A DNA stretch of 54,832 nt, filler included, from Streblomastix strix (GCA_008636045.1; 3 parts of 3 records of this genome joined end to end with filler, not necessarily neighbours in it); one strand, 5' to 3'. Numbered from the whole stretch's first letter, positions 28,201-40,204 are shown. The notes: a model not told the origin generated them from the sequence alone. Translations and numbers: made by a program.

Positions 28201-30306
28201 AGTTTTATTTGATTTGAGATATGGCATAAATGGTTGTGCTAACTTATCAAGTTTTGGGTGTTTCTATTAGTCAGGACCTTTGCATAATTCTAGATGAGTC
28301 TTATAATCTCTACCAAAGTGAGCATTAGCACTGTTGAACAACTTCTGGTTGCACTTCTTACATAAGTATCATCCTACTACGCGATCAATATCTTTAATGA
28401 ACATAGCGTGAACTTATGGATTCTCATCACCTTGAATTGTTAATGGGGCTAGTAAAATATGAGTAGTTACCTACTCTTAGTCAACAATATATTCATTTGT
28501 TTTATTGAATTATTTTTCAGAGTGATCATATTCATAAGTCATTACATTTAGCTTGAAGCATTATTGGAATTTTTCTAGATCCGTATCTTAACTGAATCCT
28601 TCATAATCTTTCAACATTTATTTCTATTATTTGTTTAATCTACTCCCATTTTTATGAACTTTTTCGTGAAATTATAGGAATAGTTCAATAGCATTAGCGA
28701 TACGGGTTTTTGTTTAATTAATTTCAGGATGACGTTAAAATGATGCAGCTATAAACCAGCAGATATTATATTCGCAATCAATGGATCTAGTGTAATCATG
28801 TTCATTAAACCATTATATCTCATGTCTTAATTTAGTTCCAAGTGGTAATTCATAAACAATAATAACAAATGAATAAAGTGCTACTTTTCGAATATTCGAA
28901 TACTAGTGAAGAGGCGACTAATCCTCATGAAACATATCATGAATTCTATCCTTGAACGGTTTTAGCGAAGAGTTATCTCGTATGATTATTGGGTAATTTT
29001 TATGAGAATTTTCTAATGATGGTTTGTAATAATGATAGCTGAAGTCGTTTCTGATTCGCTTTTTGTTATGGGTTGATTAAGTAGTTTACCAGATACTTCC
29101 AAAGTCTGCAGCTATCATATATATTTAATTTTTATGTAATTCATGTAGTTACGCTAGTTTGTCATTGAATTATTAAAGATGAATAAATTTATTAAAATAA
29201 TACATATGATAAGGTTCTTTATTTTAAATATTATTAGCCTATGCAGTTATCTAAGATAACCCATAAAGATCAACCTCATTCTATTTACGGAATCGCTTTC
29301 TTGTTTCAATTAATGTATCATTAAATTTCTTCTAATCATCGGGTTAAAAGTACATAAATGCCTTGAGCTAATCAGCAACATTGGCGTTATATTCGTTAGT
29401 GAATTTGAGATCAGGTTCCTATAATTATTTATTTTTATAAAACACAAGTAATGATTCAGTTCGTTTTGCTTATCTAATCGTGTACCCTTCTTAAGTTAAT
29501 TTATTTTTATTTAATTCTGATAATCTTTCATTTTTAACTCGTTTAACCTGCTTGAATGTATTAATGTGATCTTTAACGAAGTGAGTTATTATTTTTCTTT
29601 ATTTAAATCGTTAATATTATCGCTGAATTTTCCTAGCTGCTTGATTTGGTTATATCAAGTCAAAATTACGTGCAAATACCGCTCTTGTATTGGTTACATT
29701 GTCCTTGCCGATTATATTCAAATCATTGATTCATTATTATTTTATTTAATTAATTTATTATACATATTTATCCTTTAACTCTTGAAGTTATCTCTTTGCA
29801 TCTTTGATTTGTTAACGATTTCTCATTGTCTTCTTTACTGTATTGATGGCTTTAATCACATTGTGCTAGTCACTATCATTATTCAATCGTGTTGATTACT
29901 CCTATAATCTTGTAACTTACTACCTAAACTAGATTTACTTATTAATTTCATCTAATTTCTCAGCAGCTAGTTCCAATTCTTATGTAGCTTTTATTCTTTA
30001 TTATTATAATTATATTAACTCATCTTGTACTTTATCTGTGTCATTAATGGTATCATTATTCTATTCATCATTCTCGACTCTGTCGGGTTTTGCTAATGCA
30101 AACTATTCATTTTTTGTTGCAACTGCTTTGTGAACAAACTCACTAATCTTAGTAATGCTACTCTTTGGTCCATTTTAACCATATGCTTTGATTCTTTGTA
30201 GTAACAGTTATTCAAGTACTGGTTTGGTTGATTTAGGATCATATTGAACTTCAAGTTGATTGAGCTTCACATGAACTTCGGAAATTCGAAAATATTTTCC
30301 AGCCAT
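25238..30306 (-). pseudogene. Protein-primed family B DNA polymerase (pPolB), ~1690 codons, disrupted
   Basis: Exo motifs YICIEAET / FNSEKFD / YLKYQNIRDV; polymerase motifs DLDFNSLYPS, NILNSSYGADG, CMDTDSM; zinc-finger-like CKKC...H...C and an HNH-like insert. TGA at 27934-27936 and 26231-26233, frameshift at ~26825. Confidence 0.93.
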
Positions 30307-30493
30307 TTTTGGACTCGATAAAATTTTGTGTTTATACTTTAAGAATCAATATTGACTTTTATTTGTGTAATGTTTGATTAATGTATCGTACTGTTTGATT
30401 ATATTTTGAATTTTGATTGTTCTACTTTGCTTCTTTAATAATAAATGAGCTCAATTAAATATTGATTTAAATCATTTTTTCTATCATTGAAAT

Positions 30494-31357
30494 ATGATTA
30501 GTGAAACAGAAGAATTAAAACAATTATTATATTAAATTTCTGAATTAAAATCAGCAACTACTGTAAGATATTTTGTGTTGGAGAATTATGATATATTATC
30601 GCAAGTTAGTTCATTCATTCTAAATAAATATCTCACAATCCCTGAATATAAATATACAAGACGTAACAATTATATTGAACTTTATCATATAAAAACTAGT
30701 AAATATATATAATATGAATTACTACCAAAATAAATTGAACAGATAAAATAAGTTGAACAAACTGATTCTATTGTACCAGATTCTGCTTCAAATCGAGATT
30801 TTAATATTTAAACAAGTGATCATAATGCCGATTATGCTTCATAAAAATCTTTATTAATAAATTCACAAAAGAATGAAAAAGCTTTATCGTATGAGATTAC
30901 CGATACTGACTTTGCGAGTATTGCTGAATCAATATTGGATGAATAGGTGAAAGTTGATCCATAAATTTTAGATACTGTGATAAATTATGTGATATTATCA
31001 TTGATTGGAAAATAATATAATTAATTGAATGAGTTAATGTAATAATAGATAATAGATATTGAGCAACTTGACTAAGAAAAAAGCTAATATTTTGAACAAT
31101 TAACACAACAGCTACCATAGACACAATACGAATATATCAATCAAAGGATCCTTAATATCGAGCGCGGTATTGTTGGTTTATGGTTAAAAAATATTGGTAA
31201 ATTAATAAATAAACTATTTACTAAAATAAAAGATAAATAGCGAAAGAATTAAATTCCATAGAATGGTTCATAAATTGATGCAAGTGATCTTTAAATATTA
31301 TCTGTGCGAAATAAATTCTATGATATTCCAGTTGTGTAATTTAAGCGTCGTGGCTGA
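30494..31357 (+). CDS. Hypothetical protein of the TIR element (287 aa; probably ended originally at TGA 31376-31378, adjacent to the TIR)
   Basis: Open with TAR=Gln from MISETEELKQLLYQISELKSATTVRYFVLENYDILSQVSSFILNKYLTIPEYKYTRR to ...FKRRG*; a second TGA seven codons later abuts the right TIR. Confidence 0.7.
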
Positions 31358-31378
31358 TTTCAATATTTTTGGAATTGA

Positions 31379-31676
31379 AGCGCTTTTGGCAATTATTTCT
31401 TAGAAATTTATCCTAATCAATATATATAAATAATGGTAAATATTTGTTAGAATAGTTGATATTAAATATTGATTTTCCACAACTTTCCATTTTCAAATAA
31501 TCGTTGAGATTCCCAGTATTCTGAACAAATTGTTTAAATTATGATAAAAATATGCTAGAATCGTTGATAAATTGGGTAAATTGTCCAGAATGACCAATTT
31601 GGCAAGAATCGTGGAGGGTTGGATCCAAAACATCGTGAAAAAGTTAAGGTACTGGAAAAGTACCATCGTATAGTAG
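31379..31676 (-). repeat. Right terminal inverted repeat (298 bp)
   Basis: AGCGCTTTTGGC...ACCATCGTATAGTAG, reverse complement of 23606-23903. Confidence 0.95.
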
Positions 31677-31681
31677 AATAT

Positions 31682-32358
31682 TAATCTATAATAATTTCTA
31701 TTGCAATAGATATGTTATCCTCCATAAGCAGTCGTAACTAAACCTACATTTGGTGAAAGTGAATCAATTAGATTTTATCTTATTTTATCGATTTCTTCAA
31801 TTGATTTATCCTTATGAAGATCTATATCAACTAGTCATAGATTATCTTCGCCCATTAATGAGAAATCAATTAATTTACCAGTTATTTATTACTTACTACC
31901 TTCTTATTATCCTATTTTTGTATAGCTCACTGTATTAATCAGTGTATTTTTATCGTATTCAATTAATGTTTCTGAATCTTCTTCTTACGTATATAATTCC
32001 ACTAACGATTACATTACTTCTTAAAATATATTACTTTCTCTATTTTTTTCATATAAATATATTAAATAATACATTTCTTCTTATTTCTTTTTCGTTCCTC
32101 CATAATAATTACGTAATTCATTGATACATTACTCACATTTCTCTTTAACAATCTATCTGAATCTCAATTTTTTAATCTGTTTATTTTATCTGATCATTTG
32201 TCTGATCATTAATATATTCATTTGTTTATTCAATAATCATTTGTTCAATGATAGCTTTTGCTTTATCATCTGTTTTTCGATTTGTATGAATGTTTACGCT
32301 TAGGTCCTTTTTCAACTCTAATAAATTTAACGTCTGTTTGTTGAATTGATTTTGTCAT
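31682..32358 (-). pseudogene. N-terminal part of the split viral primase (AEP/Prim-Pol-like) gene
   Basis: LVDIDLH (DxD motif I) and VGLVTTAYGGQHIYCNRNYYRL (degenerate T-x-x-GG-x-H motif II) are AEP/Prim-Pol signatures; the frame stops exactly at the TIR element and resumes at 23605. Confidence 0.8.
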
Positions 32359-33619
32359 TTGAAAATTCTTGTGTTGCCAATAAATTTAAAAATAAAATAT
32401 TGAAAAATTTAGAGTAAATATTCTCTTATTTTTGATTCATCTGTCCATCCGACCATTTTCCCTGCAACTTATGGTATATTATATTTTTTTGTCTTATATT
32501 ATCTTTTTTATCTTGATTTTCAAGTAAGGTAATTCAATCATTTTATCCATTCTGTTAATATCTCAGAATATTCAGAGCGACAGACCGAACAAAATCATTT
32601 TGTCAAAATTAGAAGTTTCAACTCGGCACACCTGCACATCTGAACAATTCAATCAATTTCTCAACAGTTCTGAACATAATCATTTGAATACTCAATAAAC
32701 ATAGACAATTCACATCATTTATCTACGTCATTGATCAATTTCATTTATTCTAATAAATCCTCATTAATAATTATATCCCATAGTTCAAGAATTTTTTTCT
32801 ATCATCATATTCATGATCAGCGTATGATCATTGACAACTACAATAATTTTCAAATTAATCAGAAAACATTTAATTTCATATATCTCTGAAATCTTGAATT
32901 AAGGTTATATCTTAGTCATTGATTCCAAATACTTTCTTTTAAATCAATTCTGCAACTATTCATCAACACTAATTTCATCAAATAATGTATTTCATTGATC
33001 GACAAATTAGCTGATATCAATATTTCAATTTCATTAATGAAAACTTGATTCGATAGATTCCTTTATTCGTTATAAACTTATAATATAAGTTAATATTTAT
33101 GGCTTAAATCATAGATTTACGCTATCTGTAGAGAATGAAAATGAAGCATGCCTGAGAATCAAAATCACTACCATTATCTCACACCGTGATTCATATAAAT
33201 TATCCCCTCAAAGAAACCAATAAAAATTTCTATTATGTTTGCTCATACTAATTATTTTACATTAAAAATGCTTTTCCAATAAAACAGCAAACAATAACTT
33301 CATTTATTTTGAACTTTTAAAGTTAATATAAACAGTAGTAACAATAATCATCATAATTAATTTGATTAAAAGATATTGATTTATTTACCGAATAACATTT
33401 TTAACTTTATAATTCGAGGAGATGCTTTATTTTCATTCATTATTTGAATGAGATTTGCCTAAGAGTAGAAATCATATAACTAATCAAATTTTCAAGTTAT
33501 TAATATAAATTATGAATAGATTGAAAATTAATAATATTAAACAGAAATCGATCCACATGCCGTATAATCAGATACAAGCATATTGAGGGATTAGTAAGAA
33601 TAAAATTGCATATTCATTA

Positions 33620-33940
33620 GAGGAAATAGAGGAGCTTGGAATTATCTCTTTTAGATCGTATTCAAAATAAAAATAATGATAACAGATTAAAATATTATAT
33701 ATATTTTAATTTTTAATTATTAAATATGCGCATAAGCGCAATCAACGATCGATTTGGTGGCACAAATCGTAATATATAAGCATTGCGAGAAGAAATTGCA
33801 GAATACATGTTTACGCACGCTGAAAGATACTAGCAAGGATTTGATAATTAGAAATCAATCCAACGATACGCTGCAAGAATATGAAAAAATGAAGAATACA
33901 GGGATGCAGGTCTTTTGTCTGAGCTGCTAAGTTCATGAAT
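33620..33940 (+). pseudogene. Possible OTU-like cysteine protease (deubiquitinase) relic
   Basis: DRFGGTNRNIQALREEIAEYMFTHAERYQQGFDNQKSIQRYAARI*KNEEYRD matches the OTU helical core pattern; a frameshifted GxGN(Y/C)LFRS-like segment lies at ~33625-33660. Confidence 0.4.
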
Positions 33941-34999
33941 TAAGGAGATAAATAACATATATTCAGAATAAATGTAAAATACTTGTAAAAAATTCTTTTA
34001 TAGAAATAAATTTAATTAATTAGAATAGAAAAGTGAAATATTTCAAGAATTAAAAAAAAACAGTCGAATATATTATGTAAATAATAATATATTTGGAAGA
34101 TACAAAATTTTAATTTTTGAATTGGTCTTAATATTTTAATATATTATATGGCAACGGCTTCAACATAAGAAATAATACAGTTTTGTTGTTTTATTTTCCA
34201 AAATAGCCAAAATTATGCATTTTTTACAAAATTATGTAAAATTTTCACGCCTATATTCAAACTAGCGTTGGTGAGAGAGATTGGTACCAAGATTAGCCAT
34301 AAGTAATAAATTTGTAAAGTTGAATTTGCAGGATATCTTCTAAGTCGTTTTGAAATAATTCAAGTTTATAGCTGCCTATCAAGAAGTAACATAGCACAAT
34401 TAATATTAAAAATTTTCCCTCGATCTAGGGATTACTGAATGTTCAAATTCCCAAAAAATATTTAATTTAAGGGAGGGACCATAAAATTTCTGACGCCTTA
34501 TCTATATTTCATCTTTTTTATGTATTTCGATTTTTCTTTAAATGCCTAACTGGATCAAAAGGTTAAAGACTTGATTTTTTATATACTAATAAACATATAT
34601 GACACGATTTACAAGGATAATATGACGCGAGTACTGATATATGCGATTGAGTAGGGAAATTTACTGAAAACACAGCCATCACCAGTAATACACCCATGAT
34701 ATAAAATACTTCACTGTAATTGAATTGATTTAAGTTGATTATTTTCAAGATAATTGAATAAAACCTGAAATCTTCAAGTGTAGTAGTTTTTCAAGAAAAA
34801 ATTCTCTATTCTAAAGATTCAACTAAAAGATTTCCTCTTTCTGGAGCTAAATATGCTGACATTCGGTTACTATTATCCCAAAATTACGTATTTCAGCAGT
34901 AGAATCGAATGATTGCGTAAGTTTGTTAGGTCGTATTTATAAAATTTGTTTCGATTTCGGATAGTTTGGAACTGATGAAACGATTGAATTTATACATTC

Positions 35000-35085
35000 T
35001 TCAAAATATGCTTTATATTAAATAAAATATATTTTGTAATTTAAGATAATATTAAGAATATAAAATTATTAAATTATATATATAA
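35000..35085 (+). repeat. Direct repeat copy B (44-bp exact core 35032-35075)
   Basis: Identical core to 21583-21626. Confidence 0.8.
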
Positions 35086-35179
35086 AAATAATATAGACAT
35101 TCCTTTATGTTTTATACTTATTTATTTATTTGTATCGATGAAATGATTGTTGAAGTGGTGTTAAACATTAATTATACAA

Positions 35180-36497
35180 TCATTTGCTGAAATTGCCTCT
35201 TATACTTGTGTTCTGAGAAGTGTATGATTTTGCTGATGGAGATGTGTATATGCGTGCATACGAATTGGCTGATGTCTAACCATATGAAGGTTATGGTGGC
35301 TTCGGAGGCATGCCTTAGTTTGCTGCTTCACGAAGTGCGCGCATTGCAAGGGCCATTTTATGAATGAATTCTGGAGTTTCATTGATATGAGGGGAGAAAG
35401 TTAGATTATGTTCAAGAGATTTTTCCTAACGAGCTGCTTCTTATCTGATTAAATAATTAAAATAAATAAGAGAGAGGATGAATTTGAAATAGAAAATAAT
35501 TTAAAAATTTTGTCAATTTATATTTGAATTACATACTTTACTCTTTCTATTTTATCTTCTCTTTCTTTTTTTATTCTTTCCATCAATGTTTCAGGATCAC
35601 GCAATACACCAAGTTTTGATTCAACGCCTGATAATGAAATGTAAATTATATAAGGTATAAAGAGAATTATAATTTTTTGAATATAATTGAAGCAAGAGTA
35701 TTAATTACATACCAACATCTCTGGCAAATTATTTAGGAGAGAAGTAACAATCTTATGAATCTCTAAGCTCTTATTCTTATTTCAATCTTTCCATTCTACT
35801 CTCTCTTCTCATTTTCTCTCCTCTATTAATAATTATAAATAAAGAAATATAAGAAAAATAGTCAAGAATGAAAAGAGATTGTTATAATAATGAATTATAT
35901 ATGATATGTACATTCTTTGAATAATATAATGCATACGCAGACATTGCTTCAAATCCTCTTTCAGTCAATTATTTTGATTTCTAATTAATTTATGGAGAAA
36001 AAGTACATTCATATACTTCAGATGGTTCATATCTTGGTCTCATGAGTGCTTTTCTCTTTTAATCTTATTCAAGACGCTCAAGGAAATCACCTACAAAACA
36101 TAATATAATAAGAAAATTTATGTTTTAATGAATATATAAAGATAAAAGAAGTAAGTGTACCCGCTGCGCGTTCTTTTGCAATCATTTTACTTCTCGGACA
36201 TATTTGCGGTCTTTGGTCCTCTATAAAATGGATAAAAAGAAATGGAGAAAATAATATAAATTAATTATAATATTCATTCAATAATTTTGCAATATAATTA
36301 TTGTTTAATTATTAATATTTATATATGAGGAAATTAATATCTACAATATGTAAATATTTCTCAATATATACTTTCTTCCTCCTTATTGTGAAGCATAATT
36401 CTTAATTGTTTATTTGACCATGTATCATTTTATCTCTTCAAAAACTCTTCAAATTCTTCTTTTGTTAATTTCTTCTTTTTTTATCTATTTGGGCTGA
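35180..36497 (-). CDS. 3' exons of a host coiled-coil protein with repeated (C)TFSPxIN motifs, 5' truncated at contig end
   Basis: GT-AG spliced exons give EEFEEFLKRQ, PQICPRSKMIA, DFLERLE, ECTFSPQINQKS, DCYFSPK, VESKLGVLRDPETLMERI, LTFSPHINETPEFIHKMA; TGA at 35180-35182. Confidence 0.75.
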
Positions 36498-36540
36498 AAA
36501 TAAATAATTGTATAAAAGAAATAAGATATGAATAAATATA

Positions 36541-36640
36541 NNNNNNNNNNNNNNNNNNNNNNNNNNNNNNNNNNNNNNNNNNNNTTAATTAATTAANNNN
36601 NNNNNNNNNNNNNNNNNNNNNNNNNNNNNNNNNNNNNNNN
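36541..36640. other. Artificial contig linker (N44-TTAATTAATTAA-N44)
   Basis: Same structure as 18222-18321. Confidence 0.97.
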
Positions 36641-36965
36641 TTGTTGCTTACATTTTTGACGTCCCAGAGTGTTAAATTTAATTGAGTATAGAGGATGAAG
36701 GATGTTGTGGTAGATTCTGCAACGACTCAACTTAAACATTAAATGAGATATTGGTTGGGAACGTAAATATATTAAAGTTGAACGTCGAAAAAGTAAATTT
36801 ATTGAGGGACAGCTATAAAATATGTTTATAAAAAATAAGAAAAATAACAAGCATTTTAGATTTGGGAGAGATAACAAGGAAAATTATTAGTACAGTCTCA
36901 AAAGGATTAATGACTGTGTTAAATAAAATTTGAAACTGTTAATTAATTACTTTTATTTTTATAAA

Positions 36966-38606
36966 ATGGACGGAGATTTACATATGCTTGATGTTGTTTT
37001 AAATCATGATTAGGCACTTTATGGATCAAGTAAGTATAACACCATTGGCTTAATTAACGAAGTAAAAAATATTGAAAATTTAATAAATATAATTAATGAA
37101 GCACCAAAACCTTATAGTCGTGAAGAAATTGATGAAATATTAGATAAAAAATTAAATATATCTGACTAAATTGATGCATACACTAAATAAGAAGAAGATG
37201 TGTTGCAGTTATTGAAAGATGATAAATCAGAGCTCATTGATGCATATTCGAACACTGAAACCGATGCCTTACTCGACGATAAATTAAATATTTCCGATTA
37301 AATCGATGCATACAATAAAACTGAAGCCGAAGTCCTACTCGATGATAAATTAAATATATCCGATTAAATTGATGCATATTCGAAGATTGAAGCCGATGCC
37401 CTAATCGATGACAAATTAAATATATCTGAATAAATTGATGCTTACACTAAATAGGAGGATTATGCTTTGCTATTAATAAAGGCTTATAAAACAGAATTTG
37501 CGGATTATGTTGATTTAGCTTCTACTCAGACGATAACAGGCCAAAAATAATTCGGAATAATTAATGTATCAAGCATATCGAAATAGAATAAAAATGATGC
37601 TTCTATTCTTCTTGCTGGCGGTGGTGATATGCTAGTAAGTTCATAAGTATCATAGCCATAACTATAAGAAGTTCGAGATATTGCATCAGGTAAATCAAAA
37701 GGATATGTTTTCTCAAATTTAGATGATTTGAATACTTGGATGGAAGATTAGGAAAACGTCGCAAAATTAGCAATTGGAGATAATTTATATATAATTGATA
37801 AATAAATCATGGGTTATTGGTGGGATGGCTCTAATCTTCGAGCATTAGAAACAGAACTGCAAGATATGAGCAACATCATGAACATTCTTGGAGCTGCTAC
37901 AGGAGGAGGCAATGCAATAACAGATTTATAATTTGATGGAAATACACTAATACCTGCGAAAAATAGTTCATTTATAACGACTAACTATGATGAAACTATT
38001 ACAGGTTAAAAGACATTTAATACAACTATCCACTCTGTCGGAATATCTGTATAAAATTACGATAATAATTCTGTTGTATGTGCTGGTGGTGGTGTTAAGG
38101 CCATACAGGACATAAATGCAAGCGTTGATTTTTCAAATTATTATAATAAATCATAAACATTCATAAACTGAAATTTATTAAAAATTAAATCTAAAATTAA
38201 ACGTTAGCGATTAAATTGATGCAAACACTAAGACATAAGATGATGCTCTGCTCTTGTTGAAGGCTGATAAAACATAATTGATTGATGCATACACTAAAGG
38301 CTAAGCCGATAATTTGCTCAACAATAAAGCCAATTCAGGTGTTTTATATACAAAAGGAGAAGATGATGCGTTGCTGCTGTTGAAGGATGATAAAACATAA
38401 TTGATTGATTCATACCCAAAAGGAGAAGCCGATAATCTGCTCATTAATAAAGTTAATTCAGGAGTTTCATATACAAAAGGAGAGGATGATGCTCTGCTGT
38501 TATTGAAGGCTGATAAAACTACAACTTATACCAAAACAGAAACTGAATATTTGATATCATAAATTGAAGTTGGTGATGTTGATTTAAGTGGTTATATGAC
38601 ATTATG
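36966..38606 (+). pseudogene. Fiber-like protein with phage tail-fiber-type YTKxE repeats
   Basis: ~21-aa repeats IDAY(T/S/N)KxExDALLDDKLNISDQ and 19/21-aa YTKGEDDALLLLKADK units, plus QTITGQKQF, ETITGQKTF and LLAGGG motifs; frameshift at ~38160 and an apparent junction at ~38605. Confidence 0.7.
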
Positions 38607-39580
38607 GACACGTGGAATGTTAATGGAAAAGGCAAATTTGAAGCGTAATCGTATGCTTATGAATTAGTGAATAAATAAACAGCTTTAATCGAAACGGGTG
38701 TGTAAGGGCTAAATAGAACTAATAATTTGAACAGTGAAATAAAATTAGTGGATGAATTAGCGATATATAAAGCAAATAGAGCGGCATATTTTATTAAAGA
38801 TGGTCCATTTATCATATATAGCTTTGGAGCAAAATTGTCACAATTAGGCGCCAATTATGAAGCATAATAGACTGTATATAAATTATTTTCGACAATTAGC
38901 AAAAAAGTACTACCGCCTAATACGAAATATATGCCTATTCATGTCGAACAACAGGAATTTTCTGCTTTGTTTTTGTTCAAGGATATGTATGATAAATCAT
39001 CAGCTGTATAGGTGGACGTCAGCGGATAATTAAATATGCTAGATTGTGAATTTCAAGGAACATATATTCTTGATAACTATACGAACAGCACATGCACCAA
39101 CGAGTCAGTACCTGAAGATGTAGAATCTCACATCGATGAAGTAATAATAAAACATGAAAAATAATTAAGTTCATCGACACAACCACAATATACGATAACA
39201 AATGTCTAAAATTAGTTTATGATAAATGATTTTTTCCCTTCATCAGCATTTAATACATTCTATATCGTTGATGATGGCACTTGTAGGATATGTGTATTCA
39301 ATTTATATTTCGAATCAAAAGGTTTAGATGGGAGAACGTAAGAAGTTGGTCGTATTGCTAATTATGTAATACACCGCAGATGGTAAAAGTTTGGGCTTCC
39401 CTGCGGCTGTAAATAGAACAAAGGGCGAAAGATAAAATAACTTTCCTGTGAGTTATTTTACTGTAAATTCAGAATTTAAAATGCTATATTTTTAATTATC
39501 AGAACCATAAGAGTCAATACCAGCGGATTCAGCTGATGTTACAAATATTGTGCCAGTGGAATGTATTACTTGTGAAAAAC
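38606..39580 (+). pseudogene. Beta-rich hypothetical viral protein fragment (possible fiber head or minor structural protein)
   Basis: Long frame DTWNVNGKGKFEAQSYAYELV...AYFIKDGPFIIYSFGAKL...; no start codon at the junction; frameshift at ~39375. Confidence 0.4.
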
Positions 39581-39604
39581 GTTTATTTATTGAATGTTTA
39601 ATAA

Positions 39605-39793
39605 TGATTAATAAATTGGACTGCGTTGATTGGACCGAGTCAAAACATCGATGAATTTATTGAATATGGCTCGTAGAAGTGGATTAGATTATGAATGACT
39701 TGATTGGACCAAGTGTGGGACAGGATCGAGTCAAAATTGTTATAAAAAACTGTGGCTAACTGGACAACTGGCCAATTTATTAATGAAAAATAA
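39605..39793 (+). repeat. Intergenic repeat R1 (+)
   Basis: ...GGATCGAGTCAAAA-TTGTTAT-AAAAAACTGTGGCTAACTGGACAACTGGCCAA...GAAAAATAA; aligns over ~185 bp with the reverse complement of R4. Confidence 0.85.
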
Positions 39794-39857
39794 ATCGATT
39801 AATTATTCAAATCCAAAACAATACATATTTAAATTTACTTTTATTATAAATAAACTT

Positions 39858-40173
39858 ATGGCTGTAGGCATATTCTCAAAAATAAAGCAGTTGGTTTAAA
39901 AAGTAGAGAAGGGTCTTTAATGGGCTAATGATAATGTTCATAAACTGTTCATAAAACGATTTGCTTAACCAATACTTGGAGCATTGGGCCCTGTCGGCTA
40001 AACAATAGGCAAATGTTTAGATGTTGCTAGTTCATTTCTTGATTATAGTTATGGTGCAGATAAAAATGGTTAATTTAGGTAAAGATTTTGAAACGTTGAG
40101 AAATGACGAATATTTAAGATAAAAATTACCAATTGATATACAGAGTCGAAGAATATAATTATTGAACCAATGA
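39858..40173 (+). pseudogene. Small protein with an N-terminal amphipathic helix (adenovirus protein VI-like)
   Basis: MAVGIFSKIKQLVQKVEKGLQWANDNVHKLFIKRFAQPILGALGPVGQTIGKCLDVASSFL; TGA at 40089-40091, with a shifted frame continuing to TGA 40171-40173. Confidence 0.5.
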
Positions 40174-40204
40174 AAAACATAAGCATTCACGTTTGATATT
40201 ATAA

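Larger units (their letters stand above)
23606..31681. mobile_element. ~8.07-kb Polinton-like self-synthesizing element without capsid genes (TIR - rve integrase > < pPolB - ORF > TIR)
   Basis: 298-bp terminal inverted repeats, three internal ORFs, inserted within a primase gene whose halves rejoin in frame. Confidence 0.9.

Noticed and set aside
32555..33200. Long plus-strand frame with several TGA (SQNIQSDRPNKIILSK...) and a similar relic at 34149-34700
   Set aside because: Too degraded to assign strand or product with any confidence.
35325..35338. GCTTCACGAAGTGC in the host gene, similar to the double-hairpin element
   Set aside because: It encodes ALREA within an ordinary helix with no sign of insertion; probably coincidental.
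37110..37500. 63-bp periodic repeats resembling a repeat-spacer array
   Set aside because: They are in-frame coding repeats of the fiber-like protein with synonymous variation and no unique spacers.
39640..39695. Similar short peptides in R1 and R4 (SQNIDEFIEYGSQKWIRL and SQKLEEFYEIGTKKWTRQ)
   Set aside because: No start codon in frame in either copy; nucleotide homology of the repeats is sufficient explanation.
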